DNA from: Solimonas sp.
GTDB taxonomy: Bacteria; Pseudomonadota; Gammaproteobacteria; Nevskiales; Nevskiaceae
DNA length: 64,000 bases
Reading direction: 5' to 3'
NCBI GenBank assembly: GCA_047605265.1
Contig: JASGFY010000008.1
Location: 22,678 to 86,677, forward strand
The position numbers were made by a program, and so were the translations under genes. The notes under the pieces were generated by a model. The model had not been told where the DNA came from. It made no database searches and saw only the letters and a program-made list of their open reading frames with translations. This document shows positions 57,448 to 64,000 of this stretch, one piece after another (position 1 is the stretch's first letter; the number at the start of each line of letters is the position of its first letter).

Positions 57448-57570
57448 TGCCGCGCCGCCGCGGCGTTCGCTGACGCGAATCAAAACGGTTCTTGCTCTTC
57501 AGGACGTTCCGTCATCGGCGGAACGCGCTTCGTATACTGCCCGTCAATTCCTCTGATGCGGAGCAAGACC

Positions 57571-58053
57571 ATGCGCGGCGATCCCAAAGTCCTGGAGTAC
57601 CTCAACCTCGGCTTGAAGAACGAGCTGACGGCGATCAATCAGTACTTCCTGCATGCCCGCATGCTCGGCCACTGGGGCCTCAAGCGGCTCGAGAAGCACG
57701 AGTACCACGAGTCGATCGACGAGATGAAGCACGCGGACAAGCTGATCGCGCGCATCCTCTTCCTCGAGGGCCTGCCGAATCTGCAGGATCTCGGCAAGCT
57801 CTACGTCGGCGAAGACGTCAAGGAATTGCTGGAGTGCGATCTAAAGCTCGAAAAGGAAGCGCATCCGCTGTACCGCGACGCGATCGCTTACTGCGAGCAG
57901 GTCGGCGATTACGTGTCGCGCGAACTGTTCGTCGAGATCCAGAAGAGCGAGGAAGAGCACATCGACTGGCTCGAGGAGCAGCTGGGCCTGATCGAAAAGG
58001 TCGGCGTGCAGAATTATATCCAGCTCGGCGTCGGCGAAGTCAGCGGCTCCTGA
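57571..58053 (+). CDS. bfr: Bacterioferritin
   Basis: [34 protein letters not shown] and EEEHIDWLE. Confidence 0.97.
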   Translation: MRGDPKVLEYLNLGLKNELTAINQYFLHARMLGHWGLKRLEKHEYHESIDEMKHADKLIARILFLEGLPNLQDLGKLYVGEDVKELLECDLKLEKEAHPLYRDAIAYCEQVGDYVSRELFVEIQKSEEEHIDWLEEQLGLIEKVGVQNYIQLGVGEVSGS

Positions 58054-58070
58054 GTCCGCGTGGCAACCGG

Positions 58071-58095
58071 AAAAGCCCCGCTTGCGGAGCTTTTT
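58071..58095. terminator. Probable bidirectional terminator between bfr and hemJ
   Basis: AAAAGCCCCG-CTTG-CGGAGCTTTTT (one mismatch), flanked by A and T tracts. Confidence 0.65.
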
Positions 58096-58108
58096 CGTTG
58101 GCGGTGCG

Positions 58109-58534
58109 TCAGAACGGCTTGACGACGACGAGCACCAGCACGCCGAGCAGGAGCAGGGTCGGCACTTCGTTCATCAGGCGGTAGAACTTCGCGCTCTTGT
58201 CGTTGCGGCGTTCGGCGAACGCGCGCAGGCGCGTCTTCAGCCAACCGTGATAGCCGGACAGCACCAGGACCAGCGCCAGCTTGGCGTGCAGCCAGCCGGC
58301 TTTCAGGTAGATCTCCGGCCCTGACAGCAGCAGCGCGATGCCGAGCAGCCAGGTGCCGATCATGCCGATCGTCGTCATCGTGTAGAGACGGCGCTCCATC
58401 ATCACGAAGCGCTCGTGGCCGGCCTCGTCGCCGACGTTCACGTGATAGACGAGCAGACGCGGCAGATAGAACAGGCCGACGAACCAGGCGATGACGAAGA
58501 AGACGTGAAAGACTTTGAGCCAGAGCGGCAGCAT
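58109..58534 (-). CDS. hemJ: Protoporphyrinogen oxidase HemJ (CopD-like family)
   Basis: WLKVFHVFFVIAWFVGLFYLPRL, MERRL, GWLHAKL and RLMNEVP...VVVKPF. Confidence 0.92.
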   Translation of the reverse strand: MLPLWLKVFHVFFVIAWFVGLFYLPRLLVYHVNVGDEAGHERFVMMERRLYTMTTIGMIGTWLLGIALLLSGPEIYLKAGWLHAKLALVLVLSGYHGWLKTRLRAFAERRNDKSAKFYRLMNEVPTLLLLGVLVLVVVKPF

Positions 58535-58641
58535 GGACGAAGTCCGGGTGAGCGGAATGGACGGATGCCGGGCGATTGGCGGGCAATCGTCGGCCGGCGA
58601 TCGACTATTATGGCCGCCCCCCGCGTTGGCAGAGCAACCCT

Positions 58642-59688
58642 GTGGCACAGTCTGGCAAGATCAAGGTCGGTATCGTCGGCGGAACCGGATACACGGGTGC
58701 CGAACTGTTGCGCCTGTTCGCGCAGCATCCCGAAGCGCAGGTCACGATGCTGACGTCGCGCAAGGAAAGCGGCGTGCGCGCCGACGCGATATTCCCGCAC
58801 TTGCGCGGCTATACCGATCTTGCCTTCACCGCGCCCGACGTGGCCGGGCTGGCCAAGTGCGACGCCGTGTTCTTCGCAACGCCGCACGGCACGGCGATGC
58901 AGATGGCGCCGGAGCTGGTGGCTCGCGGCGTCAAGGTGATCGATCTGTCGGCAGACTTCCGTCTGCAAGACACGGCGGTGTTCAAGGACTGGTACAAGCT
59001 CGATCACGCCTGCCCGGATCTGCTCGGCGAGGCCGTGTACGGACTGCCGGAAGTCCACCGTGAGGCCATCCGCAGGGCACGCGTCGTCGGCAATCCGGGC
59101 TGTCATGCGACAGCGGTGCAGCTCGCGCTGCTGCCGCTGCTCGAAGCGCAGGCCGTGGACCCTGAGGGCATCGTCGCCGACAGCAAGACCGGCATCTCCG
59201 GCGGCGGGCGCGAGCTGCGGCTTGGCTACATGTACGCCGAGGCGACCGATACGCTGAAGGCGTATGGCATCGCCGGCCATCGCCATCAGGCGGAGCTTGA
59301 TCAGGAATTGGGCGCCGTCGCCGGCCGCGCGGTCGGCATCACCTTCGTTCCACATTTGACGCCGATGATCCGCGGCATCCACGCGACGATCTACGCGCGG
59401 CTGACGCGCCGCGATCTCGACCTTCAGGCGCTGTTCGAGCAACGCTACGCGAGCGAACCGTTCGTCGATGTCGCGCCGGCCGGCGATCATCCGGAAACGC
59501 GCGGCGTGCGCGGCGCCAATCTCTGCCGCATCGCTGTGCATCGGGCGCCGGACCGCCGGACGGTGGTGGTGCTGTCGGTGATCGACAATCTGGTCAAGGG
59601 CGCGTCCGGCCAGGCCGTGCAGAATTTCAACCTGATGTTCGGCCTCGAAGAGCGCCTGGGCCTGCAGGCGCCGCCGCTGGCACCCTGA
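58642..59688 (+). CDS. argC: N-acetyl-gamma-glutamyl-phosphate reductase
   Basis: [33 protein letters not shown] and [12 protein letters not shown]. Confidence 0.97.
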   Translation: MAQSGKIKVGIVGGTGYTGAELLRLFAQHPEAQVTMLTSRKESGVRADAIFPHLRGYTDLAFTAPDVAGLAKCDAVFFATPHGTAMQMAPELVARGVKVIDLSADFRLQDTAVFKDWYKLDHACPDLLGEAVYGLPEVHREAIRRARVVGNPGCHATAVQLALLPLLEAQAVDPEGIVADSKTGISGGGRELRLGYMYAEATDTLKAYGIAGHRHQAELDQELGAVAGRAVGITFVPHLTPMIRGIHATIYARLTRRDLDLQALFEQRYASEPFVDVAPAGDHPETRGVRGANLCRIAVHRAPDRRTVVVLSVIDNLVKGASGQAVQNFNLMFGLEERLGLQAPPLAP

Positions 59689-59699
59689 CGGCAGCTTGC

Positions 59700-60470
59700 G
59701 TGCGGCACAAGATCGTTATCCATCGTCACCTGCCGTGGCGCAAGCCGGCCATCGTCGCCAGCACAACGGTGCTGCTCGCCGTTTCGGCCTGGGCCTTGTA
59801 CAGCTACGCGCGTGCAACGACGGTCAGCGATTTCGAGCGTGCCCGGACCGAGGCCGAGCAGCTGCGCGTCGAGCGCCGCCGCCTGGCGCGCGAGCTGCGG
59901 ACGGCGAAGGCCGAAGCCGACGACCTGCGGCAGCAGCTGGCGTACGCGAAGCGTTCGACGGAAATCGATGTCCAGGCCTGCGACACCGTGCGCAAGTCCT
60001 TGACCGATCTGCAGGCCGAGACCTCCGATCTGCGTGAACAGGTGGCCTTCTATCGTGGCATCGCCGCGCCCGATCAGGCGCGCGCCGGCGTGCGCGTGCA
60101 GGAGCTGCGGATCGGCAAGCTGCGGGGTCGCCGTGATACCTATCGTTTCTTTCTCACGCTGATCCAGTCCGTGCGGCAAGAGAAGCGCGTCGGCGGCCGC
60201 ATCGAGCTCGTAGTCGTCGGCCGCGGCGCGGGTGGCGAGCAGCAGCTTTCGCTGCGCGATCTGCCGCCTGCGGCGGCACAGAATCTGCTATTTTCACTGA
60301 AGTATTTCGAAGAATTCAGTGGCGAGTTCCAGCTGCCGGCCGGTTTCGCGCCGAGCCGGATGCTGGTGACACTGGTGCCGTCGACCGAGGGGGCGCCGCA
60401 GACTGAAGAAGACTTCGACTGGAAACGTGTGCTCGACGACGAGGAAGGATCGCATGAAATTCGGGAGTAG
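59700..60470 (+). CDS. Membrane-anchored coiled-coil protein (DUF6776-like)
   Basis: TM helix, coiled coil, QVAFYRGI and FSLKYFEE. Usual neighbour of bactofilin. Confidence 0.75.
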   Translation: MRHKIVIHRHLPWRKPAIVASTTVLLAVSAWALYSYARATTVSDFERARTEAEQLRVERRRLARELRTAKAEADDLRQQLAYAKRSTEIDVQACDTVRKSLTDLQAETSDLREQVAFYRGIAAPDQARAGVRVQELRIGKLRGRRDTYRFFLTLIQSVRQEKRVGGRIELVVVGRGAGGEQQLSLRDLPPAAAQNLLFSLKYFEEFSGEFQLPAGFAPSRMLVTLVPSTEGAPQTEEDFDWKRVLDDEEGSHEIRE

Positions 60471-60921
60471 CATGATGAAAGGCGGGAACAGCAGCCCGGG
60501 CGGTGTCGATACCCTGATCGGCCGCCAGACCGAAATCCTCGGAGACATTCACTTCACCGGGGGGCTGCATGTCGACGGCCGGGTCAAAGGCAAAGTACTC
60601 GCGAGCGGCGACAAGGCAGCTGCGCTTTCGGTCAGTGAAAGCGGCGCCATTGAAGGCGATGTCCGCGTCCCCAATGTCATGCTCAATGGATCGGTGACCG
60701 GCGACGTTTATGCGTCGGAGAAGATTACGCTGGCGGCAAAGGCGCGCGTCAGCGGCAATGTCTTCTACAAGATCATTGAGATGGAAGGCGGCGCGCAGGT
60801 CAACGGGCAGCTGGTCCACCAGACGGCGGCACAGCCGCCGGCGGCCGGATCGGTCGAGTCCGAAGGCGCGCTCGACGAACTTGGCGAAGCGCGCCGTGCA
60901 AAAGGTCTCATCAGCGGGTGA
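60454..60921 (+). CDS. Bactofilin (polymer-forming cytoskeletal protein)
   Basis: [32 protein letters not shown]...GSVTGDV and [10 protein letters not shown]. Confidence 0.93.
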   Translation: MKFGSSMMKGGNSSPGGVDTLIGRQTEILGDIHFTGGLHVDGRVKGKVLASGDKAAALSVSESGAIEGDVRVPNVMLNGSVTGDVYASEKITLAAKARVSGNVFYKIIEMEGGAQVNGQLVHQTAAQPPAAGSVESEGALDELGEARRAKGLISG

Positions 60922-60926
60922 GTGTC

Positions 60927-61283
60927 ATGAGCGAGCTGGAAATTGCCGCCGACGAGGCGGGCGTCATCTTCACCGAAGCCGCGGCGAACAAGGTCCGTGA
61001 ATTGCTCGATGAAGAAGAGGATCGTGAGCAGATGCTGCGCGTATTCGTGACGGGTGGCGGCTGCTCGGGCTTCCAGTATGGATTCAAGTTCGACAAGACC
61101 CGCGAGGACGACGATACCGTAGTCGTCAAGAACGGCGTCACGCTGCTCGTCGATCCGATGAGCGTGCAATATCTGAGCGGTGCAGAGATTGACTACAAGG
61201 AGAGCGTCGAGGGCGCGCAGTTCGTGATTCGTAATCCGAATGCGTCGACCACCTGTGGCTGCGGCAACTCGTTTTCGATTTGA
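60927..61283 (+). CDS. erpA: Iron-sulfur cluster insertion protein ErpA
   Basis: [20 protein letters not shown] and TTCGCGNSF. Confidence 0.96.
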   Translation: MSELEIAADEAGVIFTEAAANKVRELLDEEEDREQMLRVFVTGGGCSGFQYGFKFDKTREDDDTVVVKNGVTLLVDPMSVQYLSGAEIDYKESVEGAQFVIRNPNASTTCGCGNSFSI

Positions 61284-61319
61284 TCCCGTGCCACCGGATC
61301 CCGGGCTACCCGAACTTTT

Positions 61320-62432
61320 TCAATCCGCTTCGTAGAGTCCCCCGAGTACGACGGCGCGCCGCGCGCCGGTCACCGACGGCAGATTGCCGGGCCGACCGTT
61401 CAAGGTCCGCCACGCAAGCCAGGCGAACCCGGCCGCTTCGACCCAGTCCGGATCGAGTCCCCGCGCCGAAGTATCGGTGACGTGCACCGCCGGCAGCCTT
61501 GCCGACAGCCGCTCCATCAGAAACGCGTTGCGCGCGCCGCCGCCGCAGACGAACAGGTGTCGCGCCTCGGGGGCCGAGCGCTCGACCGCGCGGCTCAGGC
61601 TCTCGGCCGTCAGCTCGAGCAAGGTGCGCTGCACCGCCGCACTCTCCGGCAACGCGTCCACCCGGCGTGTCAGCCAATCGAGGTTGAAGTAGTCGCGACC
61701 CGTGCTCTTCGGGGCCGGCAGGGTGAAATACGGATCGCGCAGACAGGCATCGAGCAGATCGGTGCACAATGCGCCGCTGCTGGCCCATGCGCCGTCGCGA
61801 TCGTAGGCGAGGCCGCGTTCGCGCAGGATCCAGTCGTCGAGCAGCGCGTTGCCCGGTCCGGTGTCGAAACCGAAGGCGGCGTTGCCATCGCCGGGCAATA
61901 TGGTGATGTTGGAAATGCCGCCGATGTTGACGACCACGCTGGTGTCCGCGCCGCTGAAGATGGCCTGATGAAATGCTGGCATCAGCGGCGCACCCTGGCC
62001 GCCGTGGGCCATGTCGGCGCGGCGAAAATCGGCGATCGTGCGAATGCCCGTCCGTGCTGCGATCCGGTTCGGATCGCCCAGTTGCAGGCTGCTGCGTATG
62101 ACGACGGGATCGTGAAACAGGGTCTGACCGTGCGAGCCGATGGCGGCGACGTCGCTGGTCCGCAGGTTCAGCGTCGAGAGCAATGCGAGCGCGGCCTGCG
62201 CAAAGCAATTGCCGATCGCGGCGTCCAGCCGTGCGACGTCGCGCAGCGTGATCGGCGTGTCGGGACTGCGCTGCAAATCCAGTAGCTCGCGACGCAATGC
62301 CGGCGGATACGGCTCACCGTGCGCGCCGAGCAGGCGAAACGCACGGCCGGCGTTATCGAATTCGCACGCCGCGGCGTCGACGGCGTCCAGGCTGGTTCCG
62401 GAAATCAGCCCGACGCAGATGCCGCTCCTCAC
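61320..62432 (-). CDS. anmK: Anhydro-N-acetylmuramic acid kinase
   Basis: GLISGTSLDAVD, GSHGQT, DFRRAD...GGQGAPL, FDTGPGN, KSTGRD and VCGGG. Confidence 0.96.
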   Translation of the reverse strand: MRSGICVGLISGTSLDAVDAAACEFDNAGRAFRLLGAHGEPYPPALRRELLDLQRSPDTPITLRDVARLDAAIGNCFAQAALALLSTLNLRTSDVAAIGSHGQTLFHDPVVIRSSLQLGDPNRIAARTGIRTIADFRRADMAHGGQGAPLMPAFHQAIFSGADTSVVVNIGGISNITILPGDGNAAFGFDTGPGNALLDDWILRERGLAYDRDGAWASSGALCTDLLDACLRDPYFTLPAPKSTGRDYFNLDWLTRRVDALPESAAVQRTLLELTAESLSRAVERSAPEARHLFVCGGGARNAFLMERLSARLPAVHVTDTSARGLDPDWVEAAGFAWLAWRTLNGRPGNLPSVTGARRAVVLGGLYEAD

Positions 62433-62441
62433 TCTAGAGGA

Positions 62442-63824
62442 TCAGTCGTGCAGGGCCGGCGGCGGCACGGCAGCAGGCGTCGCCAATGCGGTTTGCGGCT
62501 TCGAGAGCGTATCGAGATCGGCGAGGGCGACCGCGTTTTCCTGGCGCCACTGGATCACGACGTTGCGCGGCAGCGGATTGGCACGCGGCAGAGCAACCGT
62601 CAGCGGGTTCTGGTGCACGCCGTTGACGCGGAATTCATAATGCAGATGCGGGCCGGTTGCCAGGCCGGTCATGCCGACGTAGGCGATGAGCTGGCCCTGA
62701 CGCACGTGCTGGCCCACCTTGAGGCCGGCGCGGAATCTCGAGAGATGGCCGTAGAGCGTCGAGTACTTTGCGCCGTGGCGGATCGTCACGACATTGCCAT
62801 AACCCCCTTTCACGCCGACGAAATCGACGATGCCGTCTCCGGTCGCCTTGACCGGCGTGCCGATCGCTGCGGCGTAGTCGACGCCCTTGTGCGCGCGAAT
62901 GACGTTGAGGATGGGATGCAGGCGGCCGGTAGTGAAGCCGGAGCTGATGCGAATGAAATCGACCGGCGTACGAATGAATGCCTTGCGCAGCGATTCGCCT
63001 TCTGGCGTGTAGTAGGTGGCGTTGCCATCGGCGTCCACATAGCGCATTGCGCGGTAGGTCTTGCCCTGGTTGACGAATTCGGCGGCGACGATGTCGCCGT
63101 CGCGCAATTTCTGGCCGCCCTTGTAAAGCTGATCGTAGACGACCGAGAAACGGTCGCCGTTACGCAAGTCGAGTGCAAAGTCGATGTCGTAGCCGAAGAT
63201 GTCGGCGAGTTCCATGACGAGGCGATTCGAAAGGCCGGCCTTTTGCGCGGCGGCGAACAGCGAGCTGTTGACGACTCCGCTCAGTTGCGCAGGACGGTGC
63301 TCGATTTCCGCTTCGATCGTCAATGCTTCGAAGCCGCTGTCCCCGCGGCGGACCTGCAGCGTATGGGTTTCGTCAAATTCGTAGTTCAGCTCGTCGAGGC
63401 GGTCGTCTTCGGTCTTGCGCAGGCTGAGTTTGTCGCCACTCTTCAGGTTCTTCAGCTTGGCGGCATCCCCGCCAAGGCCGACGATCGCGACGGCATCCGG
63501 CAGGCCGAGATCCTGCTTGGCGAAGATATCCGAAAGCGTTTCACCGCGCCGCACGACGACCGTCGTCCACTCGCTGGGCATCGGCGCCTGCAGCGAGTCG
63601 GAAGTGGCTGCCTGGGTGGCGGCGTCAAAGGCATTATCGGCACGCGACGAAAACGCTGCGGCGACTTCATCGCCGGCTGCGTCGTGCAAGGCGCTTTGGC
63701 GCGTGGTGACGCCCTCGCGCATGGCAACGACCGAGAGGACGGAAATACAAGCCGTCGCCATCCATACAGAGCGACGTGCCGAGCGGCGGGGAGCCAGTTC
63801 AGCCGGGCTATAATCGATCTTCAT
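62442..63824 (-). CDS. M23 family murein endopeptidase (MepM/OapA-like)
   Basis: N-terminal anchor, LysM-like VRRGETLS, and catalytic HKGVD and HLH motifs. Confidence 0.92.
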   Translation of the reverse strand: MKIDYSPAELAPRRSARRSVWMATACISVLSVVAMREGVTTRQSALHDAAGDEVAAAFSSRADNAFDAATQAATSDSLQAPMPSEWTTVVVRRGETLSDIFAKQDLGLPDAVAIVGLGGDAAKLKNLKSGDKLSLRKTEDDRLDELNYEFDETHTLQVRRGDSGFEALTIEAEIEHRPAQLSGVVNSSLFAAAQKAGLSNRLVMELADIFGYDIDFALDLRNGDRFSVVYDQLYKGGQKLRDGDIVAAEFVNQGKTYRAMRYVDADGNATYYTPEGESLRKAFIRTPVDFIRISSGFTTGRLHPILNVIRAHKGVDYAAAIGTPVKATGDGIVDFVGVKGGYGNVVTIRHGAKYSTLYGHLSRFRAGLKVGQHVRQGQLIAYVGMTGLATGPHLHYEFRVNGVHQNPLTVALPRANPLPRNVVIQWRQENAVALADLDTLSKPQTALATPAAVPPPALHD

Positions 63825-64000
63825 CTTCTCAACCTGAAACGATATTGAGGCCGCGCTGTGCCGCGCGATCCGACAACGGGATGCTTCTATTATTATATCG
63901 CCGTACTTTTATATGGGTGTGCTGCTTGAAGCCGTAAGGAAACATAGTTTTCGGGGCATTGCAAGCAGAAATCTGCCCTTCGTTCTTTCTTCATCGCTAT

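Noticed and set aside
63825-64000. AT-rich end of the window as an island boundary
   Set aside because: It is adequately explained as the promoter region of the M23 gene and whatever lies beyond the window edge.
1-64000. tRNA, rRNA, CRISPR, intact IS or prophage, defence systems
   Set aside because: None was recognised by eye. A tRNAscan/Rfam/DefenseFinder run would be needed to exclude small or divergent cases.

Overview
GC-rich gammaproteobacterial chromosome segment. Gene order and protein style suggest Nevskiales/Xanthomonadales-like; this is an inference, not a database result. It is mostly core housekeeping: glmU, glmS, rimO, rmuC, a cold-shock protein, pdxH, cls, dapF-DUF484-xerC, hslVU, ubiE-ubiJ-ubiB, ctpA-envC, rhodanese-grxC-secB-gpsA, trmL, an M16 protease, ampDE, cobalamin-salvage genes, rppH, bfd-bfr, hemJ, argC-bactofilin-erpA, anmK and an M23 peptidase. 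Small accessory inserts lie between these genes. I found no rRNA, tRNA, CRISPR array, intact transposase or prophage. The less routine content, much of it absent from the ORF track or present only as shadow frames: (1) short gene relics in intergenic gaps, namely an SDR C-terminus (16.6-16.8 kb), a 43-aa ParM/StbA-like actin N-terminus with its own RBS (27.7-27.85 kb), and a phage tape-measure-like fragment fused to a decayed PepSY gene behind an orphan Fur box (54.5-55.8 kb); (2) a frameshifted wax ester synthase divergent from an aldehyde dehydrogenase; (3) a monocistronic lipoprotein with a 6-Cys mini-domain; (4) an unknown two-gene membrane pair plus an orphan flippase between glmU and glmS; (5) a TetR-hydrolase-TonB receptor module just downstream of glmS (attTn7 position) without Tn7 ends; (6) several families of palindromic intergenic repeats. 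I cannot demonstrate a complete new system from sequence alone. The best candidates are listed with tests.
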